The position numbers were made by a program, and so were the translations under genes. Shown here one piece after another: positions 38,050 through 48,332 of a stretch of 64,000 bases of DNA; positions within the stretch are counted from its first letter, which is position 1, and each line of letters starts with the position of its first letter. The stretch lies in assembly GCA_965262615.1 (NCBI GenBank), contig OZ253545.1:736001-800000 (forward strand). Reading direction: 5' to 3'. The notes beneath the pieces are model-generated. The model was not told the origin of the DNA. It searched no databases and worked only from the letters and a program-made list of their open reading frames with translations. The DNA comes from Alphaproteobacteria bacterium (GTDB lineage: Bacteria; Pseudomonadota; Alphaproteobacteria; GM7ARS4; G965262615).

Positions 38050-39123
38050 TCAGGGTTGAGTCGGCATTTCGGGCGTTGCGGCGATGGTTGTTTGTTGTGG
38101 TTTTTGCGGTGCGGCGTTGTTTTGCTTCTGTGCCAGTTGAGCGTTTTGCGGCTGAATGGCTTTGAGGATGGTTCTCACATTGTGCGCGATCATTCCCAGA
38201 TAAGTTCCTGCGCGCGTTCCTGGCGCACCCATAGAATCGGCATAGAGGATGCCGCCCATCGTGATGTCGTGTCCTCTGGCTTTGCTGCCCTCAATGAGCG
38301 CCTCAACATAGCGCGGATTGACCGAGCTTTCGGCAAACAGTGCGGGGATACTGCGATTGACGGTGAGTTCCACGAGGCGATTGATGTCATGGAGTCCTGC
38401 TTCACTTTCGGTGCTCATTCCTTGAATCCCGCGCACATCAAAGTTGTATCGTCTGCCGAAATAGAAGAACGCGTCATGAGCGGTGAGCAGCACTCGTTCC
38501 TGGTCTGACAGATTTTGCAAGGAGCGGGCGATGGTTTCGTGCAGTCGGGCGGTGGCTTTTTGAAAGACGCGCAACCGCGCCAGATAAAAGGCGGCATTGT
38601 CCAGATCATTGTCGGCGATGCGATTGACCGCCTCACCGATGGCATGACTCCAGATGACGGGGTCCATCCACAGGTGCGGGTCAATGTGTCCCTCGTCACT
38701 GAGATGCAGGCTGCGTTCGGGCACGAGATCCAAGATGGTGACGACTTGTTTGCCGTGCTGTTGCAACCGTCCGATGGGTCTTTTGAGGGGCGCTTCCAGC
38801 GAGGGCCCCGTCCAGATAATCATGTCGGCGGCGGCGAGCAGAGCCATATCCGAACGGGTGGGACGATACAAATGAGGGTCAACGCCCTCCCGCATCAGCG
38901 CAACCACCTCAATGCGTTTGCCGCCGATGCGTCCGATGGGGTCGCTGAGCATGGTGGTGGTGGTGACAACCAGTTGCGTGTACGGGTCGCTCTGCAGCCG
39001 TTGCAGACGCTCATCGCCACCGTAGCCCAGCAGCAACAACGCACACACCCCACACACCACCGCGTAGGCAACCACAAAGGGACGCTGATTCATTGTCATC
39101 AGTTGGCGCATCAATTGGCTCAC
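38050..39123 (-). CDS. Metal ABC transporter substrate-binding protein (SitA/TroA-like)
   Basis: GVDPHLY, DPHLWMD, TAHDAF, LYADS; start uncertain. Confidence 0.92.
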   Translation of the reverse strand: MSQLMRQLMTMNQRPFVVAYAVVCGVCALLLLGYGGDERLQRLQSDPYTQLVVTTTTMLSDPIGRIGGKRIEVVALMREGVDPHLYRPTRSDMALLAAADMIIWTGPSLEAPLKRPIGRLQQHGKQVVTILDLVPERSLHLSDEGHIDPHLWMDPVIWSHAIGEAVNRIADNDLDNAAFYLARLRVFQKATARLHETIARSLQNLSDQERVLLTAHDAFFYFGRRYNFDVRGIQGMSTESEAGLHDINRLVELTVNRSIPALFAESSVNPRYVEALIEGSKARGHDITMGGILYADSMGAPGTRAGTYLGMIAHNVRTILKAIQPQNAQLAQKQNNAAPQKPQQTTIAATPEMPTQP

Positions 39124-39141
39124 AGACTCCTTTATGGGCTA

Positions 39142-39160
39142 GTTGCGAATGATTGTCAAT
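39142..39160 (-). promoter_or_regulatory. Fur/Mur-box-like site overlapping the -35 (TTGACA) of the metal transporter operon
   Basis: GTTGCGAATGATTGTCAAT resembles the Fur/Mur consensus and lies directly upstream of a Mn/Fe uptake operon. Confidence 0.6.
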
Positions 39161-39261
39161 AGCAAGTAGAGGTATTATGACACATAATCCACACAATTAC
39201 AAAGTGTAATCTTAATTTTTTGTTGGAATTGTCAATCGTGAGGCAGGGGCGCAAGGAGGGC

Positions 39262-39743
39262 TTATTCTTTGTCAAATGGTGGTTCTGTGTTTGCAAAATC
39301 AATCCTTTCTATGGATGGTATCCGAAATGTAAATGCTGTGCGTCCTTGAAATGAGCTCACGGCAAAATCTCCTTCGCCAATAATATCCATTCCTATGAGA
39401 ATGTCGATCTCACCAGATAAACTTTCTGATTCACTCACGAGATGATTTTCAAACATCACACCATTGGGAAGAACGATATTCACACGATATGCCGCAACTC
39501 TTTGAGGTTCTACCGTGCTGGGGGTTCTGACAAGAGCGACACCCACTTGCCGCAAGGCACATTTTTTTGCCACATGCTTTGTGACTGATGTGTGTGTTGC
39601 TCCCGTATCCCAGATGGCTTTGAACTGAATTTTTTGTGCATGGGCATGGGCGTGTGCCACACCCACACATCACTTGAGAGCTCACTCAAGCGAGTGTTTG
39701 CATCAATGGTAAAAGCTTTAATGGGCGGGTTTCTTTGCGCCAT
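39262..39743 (-). pseudogene. Retropepsin-like aspartyl protease, apparently frameshifted near 39630-39670
   Basis: Catalytic IWDTGAT and ILIGMD in one frame; plausible N-terminus MAQRNPPIKAFT..LSSDV in another. Confidence 0.65.
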
Positions 39744-39990
39744 CAATAAAGGAAAACCGAGTTTGAAATGTTTGATGGATGCTACGCGGATCCTCCGAAC
39801 ACTCCTGCACCAAGAATGTCCCCAGCTCATGCTTTTTGCTGGTGACCTTGATGGCTTCCTTCACATCATCATAAGCACCAATGACTTGTTGGTCTTTAAT
39901 CACAACAAACTTGCCGTTGTATTTTTTGACCAACGCCTCGTGATTCTCCAAAAAATAATCAAAATCCCGATCCAACTTCCTGTCCAACAT
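39718..39990 (-). CDS. DUF5678-like small protein
   Basis: YFLENHEALVKKYNGKFVVIKDQQVIGAYDD..EA...GTFLVQ pattern; upstream of a retropepsin. Confidence 0.7.
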   Translation of the reverse strand: MLDRKLDRDFDYFLENHEALVKKYNGKFVVIKDQQVIGAYDDVKEAIKVTSKKHELGTFLVQECSEDPRSIHQTFQTRFSFIDGAKKPAH

Positions 39991-40175
39991 GATTAATTCC
40001 CTTCGTCAGTGTGTGTTGTTTGTTGCAGAGAGCGTCACCATTCCTCAAGATAAGATGAAAAATGAACCAGCACAAGAGAAAGGCGGGGGAATTCTTTGAA
40101 GATGCCATGGACTTTTTAATTGATTGCAGTTACAATCAAAATCTTATTTCGTTGGAAACATGAAGGAGGCTGGAT

Positions 40176-41534
40176 ATGAAATGCAAAATTAAGGATTGGG
40201 AAATAGGCGAGTTTGACAGTCGCAAACATAAGATAAATTTTGATCCCCCATATCAAAGAACTGAGAAGGCTTGGGATGAAAAAATGCAACAGTTGTTGAT
40301 TGACTCCATCATCAATGGCTATGACATCCCTAAGATTTATCTCCACAAATTAGCGGATGGTGGGTACGATGTTATTGATGGCAAGCAACGCCTAACGGCT
40401 ATATTTCGCTTTCTTAACAATGAATTTGGACTTGCCATTGCTAAGGGGAAAAATAATGGCTTTGAACTGACTGCGCCGTCTTTAAATGATTTTGAAGCCC
40501 GAGACCCTGAGCAAGGGAATATTTTTGATGATTTATCAACAGCATGGCGCGATAAAATCATGGATTTTTCTGTTACAGTAACCATTGTTAGTGATGCTGA
40601 TGAACTGGAAGTTAAAGGCTTTTTTGCTCGCTTGAACAAAGGGAAACAAGTTAATAATACAGAGCTCAGGCGTTCAATTGGCGGGACTCTTATGAATTCA
40701 ATTAAAAGGCTGGCAAAGGATGATTTCTTCACAAAGAAAACGAAATTGTCCAATGACAGATTGATGATGGAAGATATTGCCACTAAATTTATTCTGATTG
40801 AAGATCTTGCCAATTTTTCTCATCCAGAACACAAACCGTATCAGGATTTGAAAAGGGAAGATCTTGATAAAGTTGTTAGACGCTACAAACAAGAAGAGGA
40901 TAGCCAAAAAGTCAAAACATTGGAAAAAATTAAAACATTGGAAAAAATGGCAAAATCCAATCTTCAAGTAATGAAAGATGTATTTGAAGATAATTCGCCC
41001 CTATTGGCACAAAGCTCTATTCAGCTTTATTATCTCTTTATAAGAAAAATAAAGCTTGAATATGGTCACGAAAATTTGAAAGGCTTGCTCAAGTCCTTTT
41101 TAGAGGATTTTGAGGTTGAGCGTCTGCTTGTAAGAGCCAAAACGAAAAGTGATGATGTTAAACCCGTAAATTTGAATGAGGAAGAATTGTTTCGGGAACA
41201 TAGAATACGGCGATTTATTTTAGACCAATCTAAATCCAACGATAAGAAAAGCTTGGAGCGACGAGTAGATACTCTGACAGGCTTTTTCATTGAAAAACAT
41301 CCTGATGTTTTTGTTGTTGTTCGCAAAGATGAAAAGAGGCTTTTTACAAAGGATGAAAGGTTTATCATTTTTAAGCTGAGTGGTGGAAAATGTGCCAATT
41401 GTGGAAAAATATTTAAGGATTTTTCCGACTTTGATGCTGACCATGTCATTTCATGGGCAAAGGGGGGTCCCACCACCATCGCCAATGCCCAAGCTTTGTG
41501 CAAAAGTTGCAACAGAAGCAAAGGCGCGCGCTAA
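40176..41534 (+). CDS. DUF262 (ParB-like) plus C-terminal HNH endonuclease
   Basis: PPYQR, VIDGKQRL, FARLN; CANC..DHVISWAKGG.T..N.QALC..CN..KG; AGGAGG RBS; low GC. Confidence 0.88.
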   Translation: MKCKIKDWEIGEFDSRKHKINFDPPYQRTEKAWDEKMQQLLIDSIINGYDIPKIYLHKLADGGYDVIDGKQRLTAIFRFLNNEFGLAIAKGKNNGFELTAPSLNDFEARDPEQGNIFDDLSTAWRDKIMDFSVTVTIVSDADELEVKGFFARLNKGKQVNNTELRRSIGGTLMNSIKRLAKDDFFTKKTKLSNDRLMMEDIATKFILIEDLANFSHPEHKPYQDLKREDLDKVVRRYKQEEDSQKVKTLEKIKTLEKMAKSNLQVMKDVFEDNSPLLAQSSIQLYYLFIRKIKLEYGHENLKGLLKSFLEDFEVERLLVRAKTKSDDVKPVNLNEEELFREHRIRRFILDQSKSNDKKSLERRVDTLTGFFIEKHPDVFVVVRKDEKRLFTKDERFIIFKLSGGKCANCGKIFKDFSDFDADHVISWAKGGPTTIANAQALCKSCNRSKGAR

Positions 41535-41584
41535 AAATCATTTTCCCCTTGGCATGATGCCGCGGTTCATTACAATACGGCATT

Positions 41585-41968
41585 ATGGGTGCATTTGGTG
41601 AAGATTTGAGGCGGCTTCATCCCGCTGATTTCAGCATCACTTTTGAGGATGTGGTGAAGCGGTTTCGTGCGGCACTGCTGGCTCAAAAGGTTGAGCTGCC
41701 CAACAAAAATGACCATGACAGGGATGAATTGCGGTGTGAGACTCATCACGCCATTCTTGATTGGGTCAATAGCAACCCAGACATAAGCCCCAGCTTTGTT
41801 GTGGGCAAAACGCCCGAGCTGTATTCAAGGGATTGCTGGCATCACCTAGACGAGATGCGAGAAACCACCATCTTCTTACTGGCTGAACATGTGCTGGTTG
41901 ATGCTCTGCACTATGAATTGATTGAATGGCTTGCCAATGGCGAGATGCCCATCACTCACACATCGTGA
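41585..41968 (+). CDS. Hypothetical protein (127 aa)
   Basis: Fills the gap between the HNH gene and folD; weak similarity to 34491-34775. Confidence 0.55.
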   Translation: MGAFGEDLRRLHPADFSITFEDVVKRFRAALLAQKVELPNKNDHDRDELRCETHHAILDWVNSNPDISPSFVVGKTPELYSRDCWHHLDEMRETTIFLLAEHVLVDALHYELIEWLANGEMPITHTS

Positions 41969-42822
41969 ATTAGTTTTGCGGCTTTCAATGTATTATGGAG
42001 TAGACAGGCGATGGTCATGGGACCGACGCCGCCGGGCACGGGGGTGATGAATTTCGCGCGCTTCACCGCCTCATCAAAATTCACATCTCCCACGAGGCGT
42101 TTTTTGCCATTTTCTTCAATGCGATTGATTCCCACATCCAACACACACGCGCCCTCTTTGATCCAATCGCCCCGCACCATGCGTGGTCTGCCCACGGCTG
42201 CCACCAGAATATCGGCGGAGCGACACAACTCGGGCAAATCGCGCGTGCGGGAATGGGCAATGGTGACGGTCGCCGATTCTTTCAGCAACAACGCCGCCAT
42301 CGGTTTGCCCACAATGTTGGAGCGTCCCACGATGACGGCATTCTTGCCGCTGAGATCCCCCAGTGCATCCTTTGCCATCATCCAGCATCCCAGAGGCGTG
42401 CACGGAATCAAGCCCTCCAAGCCGCTCCACAGACGACCGGTATTGACGGGATGAAAGCCATCAACATCCTTATCCGCCACAATGGTATTCAAAACCAACG
42501 CCTCATCAATATGAGAGGGCAACGGCAACTGCACCAAAATACCATGCACACCTGCATCATCATTGAGACTTTGCACAAGGGCGAGCAGTGTTTTCTCATC
42601 GGTGTCATCGGGCAGACGATGCTCAAAGGAGTTCATGCCCGCCTGTTTTGTCTCCCGCACCTTGTTACGCACATAGACTTCGCTGGCGGGATTCTCTCCC
42701 ACCAGCACCACCGCCAAACCGGGCGTGATGCCATGCTTTTTGTGCAACGCGCCCACTTCCGTGCCCACCGTATCACACAGCGAGCGGGCAATCTGTTTGC
42801 CATCAATAATGGTGGCACTCAT
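41956..42822 (-). CDS. folD: Methylene-THF dehydrogenase/cyclohydrolase
   Basis: [45 protein letters not shown]. Confidence 0.98.
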   Translation of the reverse strand: MSATIIDGKQIARSLCDTVGTEVGALHKKHGITPGLAVVLVGENPASEVYVRNKVRETKQAGMNSFEHRLPDDTDEKTLLALVQSLNDDAGVHGILVQLPLPSHIDEALVLNTIVADKDVDGFHPVNTGRLWSGLEGLIPCTPLGCWMMAKDALGDLSGKNAVIVGRSNIVGKPMAALLLKESATVTIAHSRTRDLPELCRSADILVAAVGRPRMVRGDWIKEGACVLDVGINRIEENGKKRLVGDVNFDEAVKRAKFITPVPGGVGPMTIACLLHNTLKAAKLIHDV

Positions 42823-43112
42823 GGCATCATTCCTTGCATGAGGGCAGCATAGAGCAGGTCGCGCACAAAAACAATCACAATCACCGCCGCCACAGGGCTG
42901 ATATCAACGCCATTGATGAGCGGAATGGCGCGCCGAAACGGTGATAAAATCCCATCACCCAGACGACACAGCACATCACACAGCTGGTATAAAAAACGGA
43001 CTTCATCAACCACCCGTGATAGCAACAGCCAGTGCGCCAAAACCGATAAAATCACCACCCACAAGGCAAGAGATAAAATCGTATCAACCATATGGAAGAG
43101 AGCCAGCATCAT
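42819..43112 (-). CDS. yggT: YggT-family membrane protein
   Basis: L.PFRRAIP.I.GVDISP; usual neighbour of folD in alphaproteobacteria. Confidence 0.85.
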   Translation of the reverse strand: MMLALFHMVDTILSLALWVVILSVLAHWLLLSRVVDEVRFLYQLCDVLCRLGDGILSPFRRAIPLINGVDISPVAAVIVIVFVRDLLYAALMQGMMP

Positions 43113-43157
43113 GTGTTATGTTGTAGTTTGAGTTGGCTCATCAAGCAAGAGACCACG

Positions 43158-43577
43158 ATGACGCAAAATCACTATTACGACCTCTTTATCAAAGACCTCA
43201 CCGTCTCCACCTGCATCGGCGTCAATGAGGACGAGCAGGGCGCGCCGCAGCGTCTTGTCATCACCATTCACATGCTGGCACACGATGAATGCACCCACAG
43301 CAACGACCAATTGGCGCGCGTGGTGTGTTATAATTCGGTGGTGGAGGATATGCACCAATTGCTTGCCCGCCGTGCTCAGCGTGGCTTGCTAGAGACATTG
43401 GCGGCGGAGATGATGGATCATATTTTGCAAGATGAGCGCATTGTGGCGGTGCGATTGCGTTTGGAGAAGCCCGATGTGCGCCCCGATGCGCGAGCGGTGG
43501 GAATTGCGTGCCATCGCATCAAGCCTCATGTGGATGAGGCACTGTGCCATCGGTTGTGGGCGAGTCATCGTGGGTGA
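43158..43577 (+). CDS. folB: Dihydroneopterin aldolase
   Basis: IGV..E...PQRL, VCY, LLETLA, LEKP. Confidence 0.85.
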   Translation: MTQNHYYDLFIKDLTVSTCIGVNEDEQGAPQRLVITIHMLAHDECTHSNDQLARVVCYNSVVEDMHQLLARRAQRGLLETLAAEMMDHILQDERIVAVRLRLEKPDVRPDARAVGIACHRIKPHVDEALCHRLWASHRG

Positions 43578-44235
43578 TGCGTGGATTATCAAAATTGGCG
43601 GCTCGCTGGCATCCCATCGCTTGCTGACGGCATGGCTGACGGCATCATGCACGGCGGCACGGGTGCGTCCTGTGGTGATTGTCGCGGGAGGCGGCGTGTT
43701 TGCCCGTGCCTTTCAGCCTCTGCAACAGACCCACGCCATCTCTATGGAGGATAGCCATCACCTTGCCATCGCTGCCACCGAACTCTATGGACAATTTTTG
43801 ACGGTGCTCAATCCCATCATCAAGAAGGCGCGCAACCGAGACGAGATGATGCAAGCCGCGGTGGAAAAGCGTCCTGCATTGTTGTTGCCTTCCGAGTTAT
43901 TGCGTCAGCACTCCATGCCTCCTCATTGGCAGGTGACTTCCGACTCCATTGCCGCATTGTGTGCTCGCTATGTGGAGGCGGCGGCGTTGTTTTTTGTCAA
44001 AGCGCGCGCTGCGCCCGGCAAACGGGTTTCTCTGGCTCAATTGCAGAGTGACCAATTGCTGGATCGCGGTGTGAGTTTGCACGCGCCATCGGTGTGTTCT
44101 TGGATGTGTCTGTGTGTGGATGATGTCAATCACTGTTCCGCTTTGGCAACGGGGGATGGACAAGAAGCCGCAAGCGTTGCATCCGTCATTGATACTGACC
44201 ATTATCTTGAGTGGCAGGAGATGAATGATGGCTAA
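43570..44235 (+). CDS. Amino-acid-kinase-family protein (MfnE-like, methanofuran/methylofuran biosynthesis)
   Basis: IKIGGSL, VAGGGVFA, H.LAI.A, WQVTSDSIAA; GTG start inferred. Confidence 0.8.
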   Translation: MGDAWIIKIGGSLASHRLLTAWLTASCTAARVRPVVIVAGGGVFARAFQPLQQTHAISMEDSHHLAIAATELYGQFLTVLNPIIKKARNRDEMMQAAVEKRPALLLPSELLRQHSMPPHWQVTSDSIAALCARYVEAAALFFVKARAAPGKRVSLAQLQSDQLLDRGVSLHAPSVCSWMCLCVDDVNHCSALATGDGQEAASVASVIDTDHYLEWQEMNDG

Positions 44236-44773
44236 AACACAGCAGCAGCGATGGGCATGGGCACTCACGGGCTCGGGGCATTTTTTTCAAGAGACATTTG
44301 AGATTATTGCCTCATTGCCTGAGGTGGATGTGTTCATGAGTCCTGCCGCCGATGAATTGCTGTCCATGTATCGGGTGCGTGACAGTCTGCCGTCTCATGT
44401 GCGAATTTTTCGCGACTCCACTGCGTCTGCCGTGCCTGTGGGGCGGTTTTATGAAAATCTCTATCACACATTGGTGATGGCGCCCGTCTCTAGTAATACT
44501 GTTGCCAAATGTGTGTATGGCATATCGGATTCATTGGTGAGCAATGTTTTTGCTCAGGCGGGCAAGTGTCGTGTGGAGTGTGTGGTGTTTCCTTGTGACA
44601 CGGCACAAGAATTGATATCGGCGGCGCCCAAAGGAGATGTGACCGTTTATCCGCGCGCCATTGACCTTGATAATGTGACGCGCCTGCAGGCGTTTGAACG
44701 CACGCGAGTGGCATTGTCATTTGCGAATTTTCGTCAATTGATTGCGCACCGGGCAGATGAGATGGCATCATGA
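44225..44773 (+). CDS. Flavoprotein, AfpA/dihydromethanopterin reductase-like
   Basis: WAWALTGSGHF, APVSSNTVAKCVYGISD, AQAGK, YPRAIDL. Confidence 0.82.
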   Translation: MMAKTQQQRWAWALTGSGHFFQETFEIIASLPEVDVFMSPAADELLSMYRVRDSLPSHVRIFRDSTASAVPVGRFYENLYHTLVMAPVSSNTVAKCVYGISDSLVSNVFAQAGKCRVECVVFPCDTAQELISAAPKGDVTVYPRAIDLDNVTRLQAFERTRVALSFANFRQLIAHRADEMAS

Positions 44774-46116
44774 GCAAGAATCGTTTTCTTTTTCTCACGG
44801 GGCATCTGGTGCATGAGCCACTGTGTGCATTGGCTGAGCGGCTGCCTGATGACGAATTCATGTGGGAGGTGCGAGATATGGGGGTGCAGGTGGCATCGCT
44901 CATGACCAATAGTGTCATCAAGAGACGCTTGACCGACCTTGATGATGTGTCTCACATCATGCTGCCGGGCTTGATGCGCGGTGAGACGGAAGAGCTGCGT
45001 CAGCATTTTGGCGTGACGGTGGTGCGCGGTCCCGATGATTTTCGTGACATTCCGCAGTGGCTGGGTGCGCCGCCGCCTGTGGTTGATTTGGGAGAGCATG
45101 ACTGTCTTATTTTTGCGGAAATCACCGATGCGCCATTGCTTGCGCCGCAGGACATTCTTGCCACGGCTCGTGTCTTTGCGGCACAGGGTGCTGATGTCAT
45201 TGATGTGGGGTGCTTGCCTGATGTTGCCTTTGACCATTTGGAAAGCGTCATTGCGCTGTTGTGCGATGATGGACACACGGTGAGCATTGATTCGGCTGAT
45301 TATGATGACCTGAGGCGCGGCGTGGCGGCGGGGGCATCGTATATTTTGAGCCTGCATGAAGGCACGGTGGCAAAAGCTCATGAGGATGGGCTGATTCCCC
45401 AAGCCACGCCCATTCTCATTCCCCAAGCGGGGGAGGATATGGATTCTCTTGAGCGCGCCATTGCGTGGTGTCATGCGCGCACGATTGAGTGTCTTGCCGA
45501 CCCTATTCTGACGCCTCTGCCACAGGGGTTGATGAATTCGTTGGTGCGTTATCATCAATTGCGGCAGCGTCATGAGTCAGTTCCCATCTTTATGGGAGTT
45601 GGCAATGTGACGGAGCTGCACGATGCCGATTCTGCGGGTGTGGTGTCACTGTTGATGGGGGTGGCTGCCGAATTGAATGTGGCGGGCGTGTTGATGGTGG
45701 CGGTGAGTCCTCACTGTCGGCGCGCCATTGCTGAGGCGGACAGAGCCCGCCGTATTCATCATTATGCCCGCCGTCATCAGTGTCTGTCCGTGCGCATTGA
45801 TGACGGACTCATGGCGTTGCACGATAAAAAACCCGCATGGCAAGAGCCTCATGCCATTGAGGCGATGGCGAAAAAAATTACCGACCCCAACTATCGCATC
45901 ATGCTGAGCTCGGAGGGCATTCATGTGTTTAACCGAGACATTTACATTGTGGCACAAAGCGTGGATGATGCCTTTGACCAGCTGCAGATGAGCTTCGACC
46001 TCTCTCATGCTTATTATATGGGCGTGCAATTGGCGCGAGCGGAAATAGCGTGGCGGCTTGGCAAAAATTATCAGCAGGATCAAGACCTTCACTGGGGCGT
46101 GGCGGTGTCATCATGA
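44770..46116 (+). CDS. Dihydropteroate synthase-like protein of H4MPT biosynthesis (Orf20-like)
   Basis: FLTG.L, VASLMT, GADVIDVGC, DPIL.P, GVGNVTEL.DADS.G, HAYYMG.QLARA. Confidence 0.85.
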   Translation: MSKNRFLFLTGHLVHEPLCALAERLPDDEFMWEVRDMGVQVASLMTNSVIKRRLTDLDDVSHIMLPGLMRGETEELRQHFGVTVVRGPDDFRDIPQWLGAPPPVVDLGEHDCLIFAEITDAPLLAPQDILATARVFAAQGADVIDVGCLPDVAFDHLESVIALLCDDGHTVSIDSADYDDLRRGVAAGASYILSLHEGTVAKAHEDGLIPQATPILIPQAGEDMDSLERAIAWCHARTIECLADPILTPLPQGLMNSLVRYHQLRQRHESVPIFMGVGNVTELHDADSAGVVSLLMGVAAELNVAGVLMVAVSPHCRRAIAEADRARRIHHYARRHQCLSVRIDDGLMALHDKKPAWQEPHAIEAMAKKITDPNYRIMLSSEGIHVFNRDIYIVAQSVDDAFDQLQMSFDLSHAYYMGVQLARAEIAWRLGKNYQQDQDLHWGVAVSS

Positions 46117-46703
46117 GTTGTATTTTTGAGGGCATTGTCACCACGCTGGACGATGACGCATCGCCCTATCACGCGCCCTTTGGCATTGTGATGGAACAAT
46201 CCCTTGTGCGGATTGCGCCGTTTCGTCCGTCTCGCAGTTTGGATTTTTTGCTCACCAGACGGTGCGCCGTTTTTAACATGACCGACCATCCGTTGATTTT
46301 TGCGGGATGTTTGACGGGGCGTAAAATATTTGATGTCACCCCCGCCGTCACCATTGAGGGGTTTGGGCTCGCCGCCGCCGTCAGACGTTTGGAATTGCAA
46401 TTGGAAAATGTGGTGGAGGATGAGACGCGTCCCAAGTTATTTTTTCGCATTCGCCATGAGACAAAAGGTGCGGCATGGGAGGGGCATCATCGGGGGCGGG
46501 CGGCGATTATTGAGGCATGCGTCTTACTATCACGCCTGCATATTCTGCCGTCTCAACAGGTTGAGGACACCATGCACCGCCTCGCCGACATCGTGCAGCG
46601 CACCGCAGGCAAGGAAGAAAAGACCGCATGGCAATGGCTGGAAGCGCATCATCAACAATGGAAAGAAAAACATGGCTCGGTTGCTGGTCAGTGTGCAAAA
46701 TAA
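46113..46703 (+). CDS. DUF447-family protein
   Basis: E.IVTT, HAPFG, PFRPS, FAGCLTG, AIIEACVL.SR; C1-cluster context. Confidence 0.82.
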   Translation: MSCIFEGIVTTLDDDASPYHAPFGIVMEQSLVRIAPFRPSRSLDFLLTRRCAVFNMTDHPLIFAGCLTGRKIFDVTPAVTIEGFGLAAAVRRLELQLENVVEDETRPKLFFRIRHETKGAAWEGHHRGRAAIIEACVLLSRLHILPSQQVEDTMHRLADIVQRTAGKEEKTAWQWLEAHHQQWKEKHGSVAGQCAK

Positions 46704-47415
46704 ACACGAAGCCGTCATGGCTCATGAGGCGGGGGTTGTCATGATTGATGCCAAAGATGCGGCGCGTGGCAGCTTTGCCCCTTGTGACCTCACCACCTTG
46801 CAAGACATCGCGCGCGTCTGTCCCCATGCCACCTTGAGCGCGGCGTTGGGACCATGTTTTTCTCAAGATGAAGTCAATTCTTGTCGGCAGCTGGAGCTTG
46901 AGGTGGCACAGAAGGAAACATTTTCCTTTGGCAAAATCGCCTATGATGATTCGTTTAATGAGTGCATGACATCGGCTGTATCGTCATCATCATCCTTGCG
47001 GCGCATTGCGTTGGTGTGTGTGGATTGCGTCTCATCATCTCGTGATGAAGAATTTGTCATCCACGCCCATCGGCACGGCTTTGCGGGGGTGATGATGGAC
47101 ACATGGCACAAAAATCATGGTGACTTGTTGCGGCATCGCTCCCTTGAGCAATTGCGTCATTTTATCGCCGCCGCGCATGGGTTGGGTCTTTTGTGTGGTT
47201 TGGCGGGAGGATTGTCATCGCCGCAGTTGATTTTTTTGGCGCGTCACACCGCAGTGGATTATGTGGGGACACGCGGGGGCGTTTGTGAAGGGACGCGCGA
47301 GGGCATCATTGATGCGCCGCGCGTGGCATCCTTGAACAAACAAATCAATGAAACGGCGGGAGCTGCCCCATTGATGGCGGCACCATCGCCACAGGACGCA
47401 CTCACCTCGTCATGA
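46672..47415 (+). CDS. (5-formylfuran-3-yl)methyl phosphate synthase-like (MfnB/DUF556)
   Basis: LLVSV...EA, IDAKD..RGS, MMDTWHK, GLAGGL, GTRGGVC. Confidence 0.82.
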   Translation: MARLLVSVQNKHEAVMAHEAGVVMIDAKDAARGSFAPCDLTTLQDIARVCPHATLSAALGPCFSQDEVNSCRQLELEVAQKETFSFGKIAYDDSFNECMTSAVSSSSSLRRIALVCVDCVSSSRDEEFVIHAHRHGFAGVMMDTWHKNHGDLLRHRSLEQLRHFIAAAHGLGLLCGLAGGLSSPQLIFLARHTAVDYVGTRGGVCEGTREGIIDAPRVASLNKQINETAGAAPLMAAPSPQDALTSS

Positions 47416-48332
47416 AATGAGCGATAGCGACACTTCAAATCGTCCGCCACCTCGCGAATGAGAAAATCCCCAATGCCACACCCCACAATGACGCTGTTGT
47501 CTTTGAGCAGTGGATGCAGGCATTGCTTGATGTCATTTTTGCACAGTTCCTTGAATGCGTGTGCCAGTGCAAGGGCATCTTCGTGAGTGACGGCGGCGGC
47601 ATCACACCCCACCATGCGAAGCATGCGCCGAATGCTGTCTTGCTGAGTTTTGGGCTTGCCATCGCAGGTGTCCCATTGGTCGTATTCTTCGGGCAGTGTG
47701 CCCAGAATGCGAAAAACATCGGCGGTGGTGGCAAAGTGTTCCGCCATCAACGAAATGGTCTCCCCGCGCCACGCAATGTGGGATGCCAGAGCCATCAGAG
47801 GTGTGCGAATGACACCGCGATAAACAAGCAACTTGCGCCGCAGGCGATCAAAATCACTGAGAGGAGCGTTGTCATGAAGGGGATGGCAATCGGTGGTGGT
47901 GCTGCCGCAATCCACCATCACGGTGGAAGGATTCTGTGCAAAGCGATGGCGAAGCCAGCTCATCGTGGCGTGCCAATTCATTGAGGCAATACAATCGGGC
48001 GAGATCGTGTCATCGCTGCTGACAAATCCCTTGTCACTGGCATAGATTAAAAGCGGCTGCACCATCTGTGTCATTTGTTTGATAATTTGCCTCACGCCCT
48101 CATGGCGTGAGGCAAAGCAATCTGCCATCTCGCCGCTCATGGTGAGCAAGTGGGTGGCGGATTGGTCATCGTCCCATTGTTGCAACAGGGGTTTGACGGT
48201 GCTGGTGAGCAGAGCGGCATCGCGCCACAGGGCACAGGGATATTGCGCCGCATGCAATGTGTCGTCATGTTTGTGCCAGCGCGCCACTTTGATGTGCGCA
48301 CCGCCGATGTCCCATGCGATGAGGCTGGTCAT
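47259..48332 (-). CDS. Hydantoinase/oxoprolinase-family H4MPT-linked C1 protein (MfnF-like)
   Basis: WDIGGAHIK, TMSGEMADCF, ASMNW, DCGSTTTD, GVIRTP, FATTADV. Confidence 0.85.
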   Translation of the reverse strand: MTSLIAWDIGGAHIKVARWHKHDDTLHAAQYPCALWRDAALLTSTVKPLLQQWDDDQSATHLLTMSGEMADCFASRHEGVRQIIKQMTQMVQPLLIYASDKGFVSSDDTISPDCIASMNWHATMSWLRHRFAQNPSTVMVDCGSTTTDCHPLHDNAPLSDFDRLRRKLLVYRGVIRTPLMALASHIAWRGETISLMAEHFATTADVFRILGTLPEEYDQWDTCDGKPKTQQDSIRRMLRMVGCDAAAVTHEDALALAHAFKELCKNDIKQCLHPLLKDNSVIVGCGIGDFLIREVADDLKCRYRSFHDEVSASCGDGAAINGAAPAVSLICLFKDATRGASMMPSRVPSQTPPRVPT

